A stretch of 64,000 nucleotides of DNA from a bacterium (GCA_965203325.1 OZ241875.1:448001-512000); one strand, 5' to 3'. Positions 10,022 to 20,879 are shown, counted from the first letter of the stretch. The notes: generated by a model from the sequence alone, not told the origin. Translations and numbers: made by a program.

Positions 10022-13000
10022 TTAAAGTGCCTCAAACCAGAAGTGCCGGTGTTGGAATGGATAGCCCGGCAGTGAAATCCGGCGCCTATCCTCTCCGGCG
10101 AACAGCCCGGCGAAGTCGAGCGTGAACCCCGCCTCATACGCCCGCGCCACCGCCTCGACGAACGCGCGTCCACTCTGCGGCGCATCCTCCGTGGGATGTT
10201 TCAGGCTTATCAACACGACAGGCGGCCCGGCACCGTCTGCGCCCGCCCCCGCGTCGCCTGCCGGTTCCGGCCAAACCGAGAGCGCCTGCGGGCCGATCAC
10301 TGCATCCGGCCCGATCTCCACCATGGCCTCCACCCCCAATTCCGCGAGCGTCCTCACGCATTCGCCCGGCACCGCCGGCTCGCTCGCCTGACGACGCCAG
10401 TAGGCCGCGTCCATGGTCTCACCCGCCCCGAGGACCAGGCCCGTCCCCTGGTTCACTATCGTGAGCGAGGGTAACGCCGTCACGACGCCCTCGAGCGCTG
10501 TTTCCAGATCGTCCAGCGCCTTCTCGGCTCCATCGGCATCGGAGATTGCCTCCATGAGCGCGCCGCGTCTGGCTGCAAAGCGCAAACCTTCCTCCAGAGT
10601 GAACACGCCCGCCGCATGCGCCGCCGCTATCTCTCCCGAGCCTGCGCCGAACACCAAGTTCGGCCGAATCCCGATACTCGCCCAAAGCGACGTGAGCGCG
10701 CACTCGAGCGCAAAGACCGCTGGCTGCGACCACGCCGGGTTGCTCAACTCTCCGATACGGCCGAACATCACGTCCAGCAGCGAAGCGCCGCGCTGCACCC
10801 GGAGCACCTCGTCACAGCGATCCAGAACCGCCCGCGCCACCGGCTCGCACTCGTAGAGTTCCTCGCCCATGCCGACCCGGTGGCCCTCCTCTCCGGCGTA
10901 GGCGAATGCCACCCTCACCGCCGCCTGTGGCTTTGCTCCCTCTTCCGACTCCGCGAGCGCCCTCAACCCTTCCCGCAGCGACGCGGCATCCTCGAATACG
11001 ACGCCTGCGCGGTGCGCGAAATGGCTCCGCCCCTCAGCCGCCGTCCACGCCATGTCCGACAAGAGGGATTGCGCATCATCTTCGGCGGAAAGCTCCCCGG
11101 CGTTCTCATCCAACCAGGAGAGATATCGTCCCGCCAGTTCACGAAGCGCTTCGTCCGATTTACCCGAGAGTGGCAACATACGCGTCCGGCGCGGGCGCAA
11201 CCCCTCCGCCGTCGGTGACTCCGGAATCTCCTCCGGCAACGAGACGGCGACAGGTTGCGCGGAACCTGAAGGACAAGACCACTCGGCATTTCGAGCAGAG
11301 TCCTCAACGCGCGCGCCATATCCCTCAACAATGAGGTGTGCGTTTGTCCCAGTCATGGAGAATGCGCTTATACCCGCCCGGGGCGGGCTATCCGGAGCAA
11401 GGGGCCAGTCCACCGCCTTCGACGTCACCCGTACCGGCAACTCGTCCCAGGCCATGTTCGGATTCGGGTTCTCGAAATTAAGGTGTTTGGGAATCATCCC
11501 GTGCTTTATCGAGAGCATTACCTTGATCAGGCCGGCGACCCCCGCCGCCGATTCCAGATGGCCGATGTTCGTCTTGACGGTGCCGAGAAGTAGCGGACGA
11601 CACGGCTCGCGCCCGTTTCCATATACCGCCGCCGCCGCGTGAACCTCTATCGCATCGCCCATTTCCGATCCGTTCGCATGCGCTTCGAGATAATCGACTT
11701 GCGAGGGTTTTAGATTCGACTGCGCCAACGCCTCCTCAATGACCCGCCGCTGCGCTGGTCCGCTTGGCATCACCAAATCCCCGCTCGCACCGTTTTGATT
11801 CGTCGCCGACCCGCGAATGACCCCCCAGATTCTGTCGCCATTCTCTTCCGCGTCTGTCAGCCGCTTCAAGACGACCACCCCGCAACCCTCGCCGCGCACA
11901 TAACCGTCCGCGGCCGCATCGAACGACCAGCATCTGCCTGAGCGCGACAACATTCCGAAATCCGCCATCCTGGTGGTGCTCTCCGCCGAAAGTATGACGT
12001 TCACGCCGCCCGCGAGGGCCATATCCGTCTCGCCGCGCTGCAAACTCACGACGGCATGGTGTATCGAAACCAGCGAAGACGCGCAGGCGAGTTCCACCGG
12101 CATCGCCGGCCCCTCCATACCGTATATAAACGAAACCCGGCCCACCGCCACGCCCATTGCATTACCGAAATAGTCGTCATGCACATCGTCTTCTTTCAGC
12201 AGTTGCCCGTACTCGCTGTTAGCGATTCCAAAGTAAACGCCGCTGCGGCTGCCCTTGAGACGGGCGGGGTCCATGCCCGCATCCTCAAGCGCCTGCCAAC
12301 TGGTTTCCAGCAGCAATCGCTGCTGCGGATCCATGGCCCGCGCCTCAATGGGGAGAATGTCGAAGAACCCCGCGTCGAACAGATCCAGCCCGTCAACGAA
12401 ACCGCCGATGCGGTGCACGGGTGCTTCGGCACCGGGGTCTCCGAGAACCCCGTTCCATGGACCCGCGTCCCGACGCCCGTCCATAACTGCGGATTCTCCA
12501 GCTTCGAGCTGGCGCCAGAAAGCCGCCAGATCGGGTGCACCGGGGAAACGGCACGCCATGCCCACGATTGCTATGTCATCGCTATCATGCTCGCGGCGCT
12601 TGGGTTTTTGCCGTTTCAGGGTCGGCGGCTTCAAGGTCGCGGCCGTGGCGCCGATCCCGCCGATTTCGGCTGCCAGATGACGCGCGAGAGCAGTGATGTC
12701 CGGAAAGTCGAACACTACTGTATTCGAAGCCCTATACTCGTCGTCGAAAGCGCGGTTCAGCCGGTTCCGCAACTCCACGGCCATCAGGGAGTCCATTCCC
12801 ATATCGAAGAAGCTGACCGTCGTTGATGGGGGTGAAGACAGCCGGAGCACCGCCTGCAACTCCTGCTGTATGAAGGACTCCAAGAGATTTTGTTGCTCTT
12901 CAGCCGGAGTATCCCGAAGCCGGGACAACAGGCTGGCGGAAGGGGCGGAGTCTTCGGACTCACGGTCTTTAGGCTTCGTCGCGACTAGGAGGTCTTCGAA

Positions 13001-16000
13001 GAATGGAGGATGAGTTTCAAGTCCTCTTGCGATTACGGACCAGTCCACCATGGTGACGGTGGGCGCGGTAACGTCCTGTCTGACCAGCCAGTCAAAGGCT
13101 TTCATGCCTTGCTGGGGCGTAAGCCATCCCGCGCCGGTATATGTCAGTTGACGCTCAATCCGCTTCCTTTGCTCCTCCGCTTCCCCGATACCCGACCACG
13201 CGCCCCAGGCGATGGCTTGGCCGGGGAGGCCCAAGGCGCGCCGGTGGGCGGCGAGTTGATCCAGGAAGGCGTTGGCGGCGGCGTGATTCGACTGGCCCGA
13301 GTTTCCCACAACACCGGTTACACTGGAAAACAGGATAAACATGTCCAAGTCTTTGGTTCTTGTGGCCTGGTGGAGATGCCACGCTCCCAGCACTTTGGGC
13401 CACATGACTTGCTCGAACCGCTCCCAGGTCTGGTTCTCGATGACGCCGTCGGAGAGGACGCCCACGCTATGTATGACGCCGCCTAATGTTAACAAGTCTT
13501 CATCGATTCGGGCGAGCATGTCGTCAACGGCTGCGAAGTCCGTAACGTCGGCCACTTCCACCCGGACGTCAACGCCGCTCTCCCGCAACTCCCGGATCAC
13601 CTCTTCGGTGGTGAGGTCGGGGTCCCGGCGGCCGTTCAGGACGATTGTGCCCGCGCCGTTTTCGGCCAGCCAGCGGGCGACCGCGCAACCGATCCCGCCC
13701 ATGCCCCCGGTTACCAGGTACGTGCGGTCATGCCGGAGGGTACCACTAGCGAGGGGTGGCATCTTGAGCACGTTTTTACCGATGTGCCGGGCGTCACGCA
13801 TTACCTCCATCGCTGCTCGGATCTCGGAAAGGGGCCAGACGGTGTGGGGCAGAGGAGTCAACTCGCCCGCCGACAGGCGCGCCATGACCCGGGAAAGGGA
13901 GGCACCGGCGCGGACAGGGTCGCTCCATATCATGTCATCCAAATCCAGGATGGAGTATGCGACGTCTGGACGTGACGTCGCCATTTCTTCCTCGCCCCAG
14001 ATACTCCGCTTCGAAATCTCCACAAAGCGGCCGCCCGTGCCGAGACAAGACAGGTTCGCCTCAATGAATCCCTCTCCGGTGAGGCTGTTCAGCAGCACGT
14101 GAACACCCTCGCCGCCCGTGGCCTCGAGGACCTCCTGCCCAAACGCCGTCGTGCGGCTGTCGTACACACACTCCACGCCCATAGAGCGGAGAAACTTCTG
14201 TTTGGGCAGGCTGGCGGTTGCGAACACCTCCGCACCAGCGGCGTGGGCCAACTGGATGGCGGCAAGGCCGACTCCCCCGGCCCCGGCGTGGATGAGCACC
14301 CGCTCGCCGCTCTTGAGCCCTGCAAGCTCGAAAGCAAGTTCGGCAGTAGCGAAGCAGATGGGTACGGTGGCGAGGGCGGGCGGGGAGAACCCGGCGGGAA
14401 CGAGAGCCGTCATGACCACCCGGGTGACCATCTCAGGTGAGAATGAGCCGAACCCCATCCCGACGACTTGGTCGCTGACCGAAAGGCCTTCGACATCCTG
14501 GGCTGTTTCTAGCACTCGTCCGTACATCTCGCGGCCTATTTCCCGGTTGTACGGAACTGCTCCCATGCTCTTGAGCATGTCGGCGAAGTTGAGCCCCATC
14601 GCTTCCACGGCGACTCGGACCTCACCGGGTTCGAGAGCGCTTCTGGGCCGAGGCTTCGCCCGGAGCGCCGCCAATCCGGCTTCCGGGTCGTCAGAGCCGA
14701 TGCACCACTCCGCGTCTTCCGGGAAGGCGAGCCTTGTGTCGTCAGCGCCGCAGCGAATCAGGCGGGCGGCGTAGCGGGAGCCTCCCCGATAGGCGATGTG
14801 GGTCTCAGGGTCGGGAAACAGGAGTTCATCGATGAGGCTGGATGTTGCCGTCTCCCTCGGAGCAGGATCCAAGTCAATCAATCTCGGCTGCAAGTGGGCT
14901 GCTTCCAGAGCCAAAACCTTTCCGAGGCCCCACAAGGTCGCGCCGGCAAGTTCCCCGGATACTCGGGAAAGGTAATCTTGATCCAGGACTTGCGCGCCTC
15001 GCGTAATGAACCAGACGCCGTCGGCTGGAGTCGTGCCGACATCGCTCATGCCCTGCACAAGGGCCAAGGCAGTGGACGCGGCCCGTGTTACATCCTCCTC
15101 CATTTCCTGAGTGGTCGCCGCCGCACCGTGCCCATCAAGCGCCATGAGGTGCACTACTCCCTTAAGCGGCGCATCCCTGGGCAATCCCTCCAAGAGGGAG
15201 CGCCAGGATTCTCGCTGCTTCGGGTCTAAGGTCGCCGTAGTAACGCCTGCGCCTTCATCCGGTACCTCGTGATACTCTCGCTCTCCACCGGCGATGAACA
15301 CGATTTGATTTCGTAAGGCGAGATCAACCGCCAGCTTCGCCGCCGTTCCGTCTTCGTCAGACGCGATAACCCAAACCCCTGGGGCGGGGTCCACTTCCTC
15401 CGGTCCGCGGGCGATTATTGCGCTCGAACCCAGAATTTCGCCGGAATCGGCATTCGCGGGTCCGAGAAACTCGACATCGGAGAAACCGGCGTCGCTCAGG
15501 GCGCGACGCCATACGACCGGGTCTGCCAGGGCATGGTCGGGCCTGTAGGCATCATCGAAGCGCCACCACCCGTCCAGGAGTCCGAATGTCATATCCTGCC
15601 AGGCCCGGCGCTGCAGTCCTTCCAGGGCTATCAACTGGCCAGACGGGGCCAAGAGGTCCAGACAATGCGCGAGCGTCTCTCCCAGGTCGCGTGTGGCGTG
15701 GAGCACGTTCGCGGCAATCACGAGGTCGTAGCCGTGTGAATCGAAGCCTTGGGATACGGGGTCGGTTTCGATGTCAAGGGGTTGGTATTCGATGGATCCG
15801 CCGGTTATCTCGAAATGCTCTTCGGCCTGGGCAAAAAAGCCTGCCGAGATATCCGTGAAGGTATAATCGAACCGCCCGTCAGGCAGGAGCGGCAGGATAG
15901 CCGCCGTCGCCGACCCGGTTCCCGCGCCGACTTCGAGCACCCGCAGCCGCCGATCCGCGGGAAGAGCGGACGCGGCGGCCGCCACCGCATCTCCCAGCAT

Positions 16001-19000
16001 TCGATTCGCGGCCCGTGACGCAGGGGCCTTCCGGTATAAATCCGCAGCACTAGGCCCCTCTTCGCTGAACAGCAAGGGCAGGGGGTCGGCGCGGCCCTGC
16101 AATACTTCCGCAAGAGCCGAACCGCATCGGCGCAGAAGACCGAGTTCGTTGAGCCCGTGAGGGTGCCGAGTCGCGAGTTGCTCGACGAAGGTTCCAGGGT
16201 TCACCAGGGACTCGTCCGGGAGCGGTTCCCCCGCTCCGGCTTTGACCACGAATTTCCCGTCAGTAGGAGTCAAAACACCAGCATCGGACAGCATGCGGAG
16301 AAGCCGACCGAACAGGCGTTGGTGTTCGTCAACGATCTTGAGCTCACGGCGAAGGCCTTCCGGCTTAATCGTTGCTCCCGCATTGCGCTCCCACCCCAGT
16401 CGTTCAAGCGCCGCAAGGGCGTATGCCCGGGACAACCGCTCGAGGTCTCTCAGGAAAGCGCTCCTCTCCGGGGCTTCGACGCCTTCATCCGCCAAGTAGT
16501 CGGCGAATGACCGCGACCGGTTCGCAACCGCTGCGGGGTCAGCCAGAAAATCCGTAGGAGGCATGCCCCTGCTCAGGGGTTTCTCCCGCCAGTCAACCTC
16601 GTAGAGCAGATCCTTGAGACCCTCTTTGGCGGAGAGAAGTGCGGTTCGAGTCGCCCGCTTGGCAGTATAGCCGAGTAAGCCGCCAATCGGAGCGCCGTCC
16701 GTCGAATAGAACCGAACGTCTCCGGTCACGACTTCGGGCGGCGCGTTCGATGTCGTGTTTGCCACGTTTTCCGATGCGGGATTCCCCAAAACGGCGTGGC
16801 AGATTATCCGCTCCGGCATTGGGCCCGACACCCACAGGCGTTCCCATCCGAAAGGCATGTAGACTGCGCCGTGCTCGACTCCAGTGAGATAGCGCCGCGC
16901 CATCGACAGGAACTGGAAACAGCCATCCAGGAGAAGGGGATGCATTTCCATGCCGTTCGCATCCACGGATTCCTGAAGAACGAGTTCGCCCAGGGCCTCG
17001 CCCTCCCTGGCCCAGACGGCCTTGAGCGTGTGATAGGAGGGACCGAGATAAATCTCGTCGTCGGAACGCATCTGGTAGAACTTCGCCGTATCCTGGGGCA
17101 CCAGTTTGGCCTTTAGTTCATCCAAATCTATGGAGTCGCCTTCTTCGAGGTTCGGCGCGCCCGAGAAGAGTTTTCCTTCGGCGTGGAGGGTCCAACTCTC
17201 CTCCGTTTCCCCTTTGCTGAAAATTTCGAAACGACGCGCCAGGCCCTCAGCGGGGCCGTCCAGAACGAACTGTAATTTGCGGCCAGCGTCGTCCGCCCCG
17301 TCATCGGCGTCTTCTTCCTCGAAAATAAGGGCGTTGTGCATCTGCATGTCTTCCACGATCGCTGGACCGTTCCCGTTGGCCAGTGACACGGAAACGGCCA
17401 TCGCGCCATAGAGTCCCCCGGGAGCGACCACGCGTTCATACACCAGGTGATCCACCATCCAGGCGGGATCGGTGCGGAACACCACCGTTTCGTAAATCAT
17501 CTCGCCTCGGGGCGACTCATGCCGTGCACCGAGCAGCGCATGGCCAGCCGCCTGTCGATGGCGTTTCGACGTCTGTACCCAGTGGCGGGCGCGCTGGAAG
17601 GGATAGCCGGGAAGCGATATCCGGCGCCGGGTTTCACCTGCGAACAAACCGACGAAGTCGAGCTCCAGACCCGCCTCGTACGCTCCGGCGGTCGCCTCTA
17701 CGAAGCCGTCGCTGGTGTCTACCTCAGACTCTTCGGCATCGCGCGGCGGACGTTGCAGGCTGTGAAGGACAACCGGGCCCCCGGCGGGTGCCGATTCCGG
17801 CCATGTCATCGAAACCACCGGCCCGAGCACGGCGTGGGGGCCGATCTCCACGACGACGTCCACGCCCAATTCCGCCAAGGTCTCTACACACTGGCGGAAA
17901 GCCACCGGCTCTCGCGCATGCCGTCGCCAGTAGGCGGCATCCATCCTTTCGTTTTGGTCCAGCAGCTGGCCGGTGATGTTGCTCACCAGAGGCACGGAAG
18001 GAGGCGGAGGAGCAGGCGCGATATCCCTGACGGCAGATTCGAGATCATCCAGGGCGGGCTCCACCAGGGCGCTATGGTACGCGGGGCTGCGCTTCAATCG
18101 CGCCACCTTGACGCCTTCAGCCTCGAAAAGCTCCTGTAGCGCCTCGATATCCTTTGCCGGGCCACTCACGACTTGCTGCAGTCCGTTGTCTGCGGCGATA
18201 CTCAATCCCAAGTCGTCCGAGGCGGCGTTGTGCTCGGCCACGACGGACGCGACGCGAGAGGCGGGTGCGAACACGGCGGCCATGGCGCCATCGCTGCGCA
18301 TGGCGCCCATCAGCGCCCCCCGGACCGCGGCGTAGCGCAGGCCCTCCTCCAGGGTAAAGACTCCAGCCGCCTGCGCCGCCGCTATCTCTCCCAGGCTGTG
18401 GCCCACTAAGGCGTTCGGCTTTACGCCCACGCTCTCCCAAAGAGCCACGAGAGCGCATTCCAGTGAATAGATGGCGGGTTGGGTCCAGGCCGCCTCGTCC
18501 AGCAGGCCGTCGGTTCCTCCCCGCCCGAACATTACATCCAGCAACGAGACGCCCCGCTCTTCTGAGAGCAGTTGGTCACAGCGGTCGAGTACCGAGCGGA
18601 ACACGGGTTCCCTCTCGTATAGTGCCCGGCCCATGCCCACCCATTGGCTGGCCTGTCCCGTAAAGACAAAGGCCACCCTCTTCGCCTGCTGCGCCGGGCC
18701 GTCTTCCGGACCTTCTCCCTCCGCCAGAGCCTCCAGTTTTTCTCGCAACCCGGCGAGGTCGCTGAACACGATACCGGCGCGGCGAGTGAAATGACTCCTC
18801 CCGATAGCGGCCGTCCAGGCCATGTCCGAAAGGGTCGGGTCGGCAGCGGTAGATTCGGGTGAAAGCTCTTCCGCGTGCTCATCGAGCCAGGACAGATAAC
18901 GCGAGGCCGCGTCCCGAAGCGCCTGGGGAGACTTGGCCGAAAGGGGGAGGAGCCGGGATTCCCGCACACTGGGTTTCTCCTCGAAGCGTGGGGATATGGC

Positions 19001-20428
19001 GACTGGCAATGAAGCGCCAACCGGGGAGGACATTCTCGCGAAGGCGGTATCAGCCTCTGGCTCTCCGTAACCTTCTACAAGCATGTGGGCGTTCGTTCCG
19101 GACCAGCCGAAGGAATTTACGCCGGCCAGGAGAGGCTTGCCGGGACGGCGGGGCCAATCCATCATGACATCGGTCACGCGCACGGGCAGGCTGTCCCAGT
19201 CCAAGAGGGGGTTCGGGTTCTTGAAGTTCAGATGCCGCGGAATCACCCCGTGCTTCATCGACAGAACGGTTTTGATCAGGCCTGCAACGCCCGCGGCGGG
19301 CCCCAAATGTCCGATGTTGGTCTTGACGGAACCGATCAGAAGGGGATGTTTTGTTCCGCGCCCACGCCCATAAACCGCGGCGGCAGCAGTCACTTCTATC
19401 GGGTCGCCGACCACCGTGCCGGTGCCGTGTGCTTCCAGGTAGTCTATCTCAGAGGGGGAAGCGCCTGCGCGGGCGAGAGCCTCTTCCATGGCCCGTTCCT
19501 GAGAGTGGCCGCTGGGCACCGTCAGGCCCTGACTGGCGCCGTCCTGATTGACTGAGGAACCCCGGATGACGGCCCAGATGCGATCACCGTCGGCTTGCGC
19601 CTCGCTGAGGCGCTTGAGAGCCAGCAAGCCGCAGCCCTCCCCGCAGACGAAGCCATCGGCTGATGCGTCGAAGGTTTTGCACTGTCCCTCTGGTGAAAGC
19701 ATTCCCGCATTCGCGCGCAACTCTAGAGGTCGTCCGGCGAGGAAGATATGGACGCCGCCGGCAAGCGCCAGATCCGTCTCGCGGCGTTGCAAGCCCCCCA
19801 CAGCCTGATGGATGGCGACCAGGGACGATGAGCAGGCCGTGTCTATCGCCATGGACGGCCCCTCCAGACCAAAGGCAAAGGAAACCCTGCCTATGGCGGT
19901 GTTGAGAGCGGTGCCGGTGACGGCGTAGAGACCGCCCGCAGGTTCAACGGTTTCTGGGGCGTTAATCACCATGTCCCGGTAGTCGTTGTTGCTGATGCCG
20001 GCATAGACCCCGGTGCGGCTGCCTTTAAGACTCTCGGGGTCAATCGCTGCGTCTTCGAGAGCCTTCCAACTCGTCTCCAGCATCATGCGCTGCTGGGGAT
20101 CGAGCATCTGAGCCTCAATGGGGGACATGCGGAAGAATTCCGCGTCGAACAGGTCTATATCTTCGACGAACGCGCCGAAGCGGACGGCATCGTTTTTGGC
20201 GTCGGAGTCCGGAAAGAGCCTGCCTGCGCGCCCGACGACGGAACCGGGTGGACCCTCGACCACCAGGTTTTTGCCAGCGACCAGTTGCCGCCAGAAATCG
20301 GAAAGCCTTTCGCTTCCGGGGAACCGGCAGGCCATGCCGACGATGGCTATGGGTTCTACAGGCAGGAAGCCCTCAGGTGCCCCGGTTTGAGTTTTTTCAG
20401 AAGACTCAAAATGCTCGCCTGTGTTCAT
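10022..20428 (-). CDS. supA: Type I PKS/FAS-like megasynthase, KS-AT-DH-MT-ER-KR-ACP-KS-AT0 (SupA architecture)
   Basis: KS1 DTACSSSL/EAHGTGT/NIGH; AT GHSLG; DH HLVYERVVAP and LLDGCFQ; MT LEVGAGTG; ER IHAGAGGVG; KR TGGMGGIG; ACP GMDSL; KS2 ELACASSL/EAHANGS; degenerate AT GAGSG. The domain order and the following ACP-PPTase-hydrolase genes match the sponge-symbiont ubiquitous PKS (sup) operon. Confidence 0.92.
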   Translation of the reverse strand: MNTGEHFESSEKTQTGAPEGFLPVEPIAIVGMACRFPGSERLSDFWRQLVAGKNLVVEGPPGSVVGRAGRLFPDSDAKNDAVRFGAFVEDIDLFDAEFFRMSPIEAQMLDPQQRMMLETSWKALEDAAIDPESLKGSRTGVYAGISNNDYRDMVINAPETVEPAGGLYAVTGTALNTAIGRVSFAFGLEGPSMAIDTACSSSLVAIHQAVGGLQRRETDLALAGGVHIFLAGRPLELRANAGMLSPEGQCKTFDASADGFVCGEGCGLLALKRLSEAQADGDRIWAVIRGSSVNQDGASQGLTVPSGHSQERAMEEALARAGASPSEIDYLEAHGTGTVVGDPIEVTAAAAVYGRGRGTKHPLLIGSVKTNIGHLGPAAGVAGLIKTVLSMKHGVIPRHLNFKNPNPLLDWDSLPVRVTDVMMDWPRRPGKPLLAGVNSFGWSGTNAHMLVEGYGEPEADTAFARMSSPVGASLPVAISPRFEEKPSVRESRLLPLSAKSPQALRDAASRYLSWLDEHAEELSPESTAADPTLSDMAWTAAIGRSHFTRRAGIVFSDLAGLREKLEALAEGEGPEDGPAQQAKRVAFVFTGQASQWVGMGRALYEREPVFRSVLDRCDQLLSEERGVSLLDVMFGRGGTDGLLDEAAWTQPAIYSLECALVALWESVGVKPNALVGHSLGEIAAAQAAGVFTLEEGLRYAAVRGALMGAMRSDGAMAAVFAPASRVASVVAEHNAASDDLGLSIAADNGLQQVVSGPAKDIEALQELFEAEGVKVARLKRSPAYHSALVEPALDDLESAVRDIAPAPPPPSVPLVSNITGQLLDQNERMDAAYWRRHAREPVAFRQCVETLAELGVDVVVEIGPHAVLGPVVSMTWPESAPAGGPVVLHSLQRPPRDAEESEVDTSDGFVEATAGAYEAGLELDFVGLFAGETRRRISLPGYPFQRARHWVQTSKRHRQAAGHALLGARHESPRGEMIYETVVFRTDPAWMVDHLVYERVVAPGGLYGAMAVSVSLANGNGPAIVEDMQMHNALIFEEEDADDGADDAGRKLQFVLDGPAEGLARRFEIFSKGETEESWTLHAEGKLFSGAPNLEEGDSIDLDELKAKLVPQDTAKFYQMRSDDEIYLGPSYHTLKAVWAREGEALGELVLQESVDANGMEMHPLLLDGCFQFLSMARRYLTGVEHGAVYMPFGWERLWVSGPMPERIICHAVLGNPASENVANTTSNAPPEVVTGDVRFYSTDGAPIGGLLGYTAKRATRTALLSAKEGLKDLLYEVDWREKPLSRGMPPTDFLADPAAVANRSRSFADYLADEGVEAPERSAFLRDLERLSRAYALAALERLGWERNAGATIKPEGLRRELKIVDEHQRLFGRLLRMLSDAGVLTPTDGKFVVKAGAGEPLPDESLVNPGTFVEQLATRHPHGLNELGLLRRCGSALAEVLQGRADPLPLLFSEEGPSAADLYRKAPASRAANRMLGDAVAAAASALPADRRLRVLEVGAGTGSATAAILPLLPDGRFDYTFTDISAGFFAQAEEHFEITGGSIEYQPLDIETDPVSQGFDSHGYDLVIAANVLHATRDLGETLAHCLDLLAPSGQLIALEGLQRRAWQDMTFGLLDGWWRFDDAYRPDHALADPVVWRRALSDAGFSDVEFLGPANADSGEILGSSAIIARGPEEVDPAPGVWVIASDEDGTAAKLAVDLALRNQIVFIAGGEREYHEVPDEGAGVTTATLDPKQRESWRSLLEGLPRDAPLKGVVHLMALDGHGAAATTQEMEEDVTRAASTALALVQGMSDVGTTPADGVWFITRGAQVLDQDYLSRVSGELAGATLWGLGKVLALEAAHLQPRLIDLDPAPRETATSSLIDELLFPDPETHIAYRGGSRYAARLIRCGADDTRLAFPEDAEWCIGSDDPEAGLAALRAKPRPRSALEPGEVRVAVEAMGLNFADMLKSMGAVPYNREIGREMYGRVLETAQDVEGLSVSDQVVGMGFGSFSPEMVTRVVMTALVPAGFSPPALATVPICFATAELAFELAGLKSGERVLIHAGAGGVGLAAIQLAHAAGAEVFATASLPKQKFLRSMGVECVYDSRTTAFGQEVLEATGGEGVHVLLNSLTGEGFIEANLSCLGTGGRFVEISKRSIWGEEEMATSRPDVAYSILDLDDMIWSDPVRAGASLSRVMARLSAGELTPLPHTVWPLSEIRAAMEVMRDARHIGKNVLKMPPLASGTLRHDRTYLVTGGMGGIGCAVARWLAENGAGTIVLNGRRDPDLTTEEVIRELRESGVDVRVEVADVTDFAAVDDMLARIDEDLLTLGGVIHSVGVLSDGVIENQTWERFEQVMWPKVLGAWHLHQATRTKDLDMFILFSSVTGVVGNSGQSNHAAANAFLDQLAAHRRALGLPGQAIAWGAWSGIGEAEEQRKRIERQLTYTGAGWLTPQQGMKAFDWLVRQDVTAPTVTMVDWSVIARGLETHPPFFEDLLVATKPKDRESEDSAPSASLLSRLRDTPAEEQQNLLESFIQQELQAVLRLSSPPSTTVSFFDMGMDSLMAVELRNRLNRAFDDEYRASNTVVFDFPDITALARHLAAEIGGIGATAATLKPPTLKRQKPKRREHDSDDIAIVGMACRFPGAPDLAAFWRQLEAGESAVMDGRRDAGPWNGVLGDPGAEAPVHRIGGFVDGLDLFDAGFFDILPIEARAMDPQQRLLLETSWQALEDAGMDPARLKGSRSGVYFGIANSEYGQLLKEDDVHDDYFGNAMGVAVGRVSFIYGMEGPAMPVELACASSLVSIHHAVVSLQRGETDMALAGGVNVILSAESTTRMADFGMLSRSGRCWSFDAAADGYVRGEGCGVVVLKRLTDAEENGDRIWGVIRGSATNQNGASGDLVMPSGPAQRRVIEEALAQSNLKPSQVDYLEAHANGSEMGDAIEVHAAAAVYGNGREPCRPLLLGTVKTNIGHLESAAGVAGLIKVMLSIKHGMIPKHLNFENPNPNMAWDELPVRVTSKAVDWPLAPDSPPRAGISAFSMTGTNAHLIVEGYGARVEDSARNAEWSCPSGSAQPVAVSLPEEIPESPTAEGLRPRRTRMLPLSGKSDEALRELAGRYLSWLDENAGELSAEDDAQSLLSDMAWTAAEGRSHFAHRAGVVFEDAASLREGLRALAESEEGAKPQAAVRVAFAYAGEEGHRVGMGEELYECEPVARAVLDRCDEVLRVQRGASLLDVMFGRIGELSNPAWSQPAVFALECALTSLWASIGIRPNLVFGAGSGEIAAAHAAGVFTLEEGLRFAARRGALMEAISDADGAEKALDDLETALEGVVTALPSLTIVNQGTGLVLGAGETMDAAYWRRQASEPAVPGECVRTLAELGVEAMVEIGPDAVIGPQALSVWPEPAGDAGAGADGAGPPVVLISLKHPTEDAPQSGRAFVEAVARAYEAGFTLDFAGLFAGEDRRRISLPGYPFQHRHFWFEAL

Positions 20429-20436
20429 CAGGCCCT

Positions 20437-20477
20437 CCTTCAGGCAGGGCTTCTTTCCCTTCAGGCAGGGCTTCTTT
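20437..20477. repeat. 20-bp direct duplication next to the supA RBS
   Basis: CCTTCAGGCAGGGCTTCTTT occurs at 20437 and 20458. Confidence 0.85.
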
Positions 20478-20879
20478 AGTCAAAGCAATATCTCATTTTT
20501 CAGGACCCCACTTCCTGGTATTGCAATTTTTTGCGAGGGGCCCGGACGACGCGTGTAGACCGGCTACCCTCAATTGTAATCTCTAATCAATCAAGCTTTC
20601 ATAGTATCATCAAATTATATTTTTTATGTGTTTCCTGAAGTCATATTCATGTATATTCCATGTACATTTTAGTTTTTTACCTTACTTTCCACTTATCTCC
20701 GTTCGCTGAGGCTTCAGGAGGAGCCGGGTTTGCGCCGAACCTTCCAATGCACGCCGATGCGCCGCCTTCTTCAATTCAGCTCATACACAACATCTGACAG
20801 TAACTCGTTGCGCGAACGTCCTGTTGACGAAGACGCGTTCCGACGCAGCGGCGGACCTAGCGGAGGCCGAGACGAGCCG

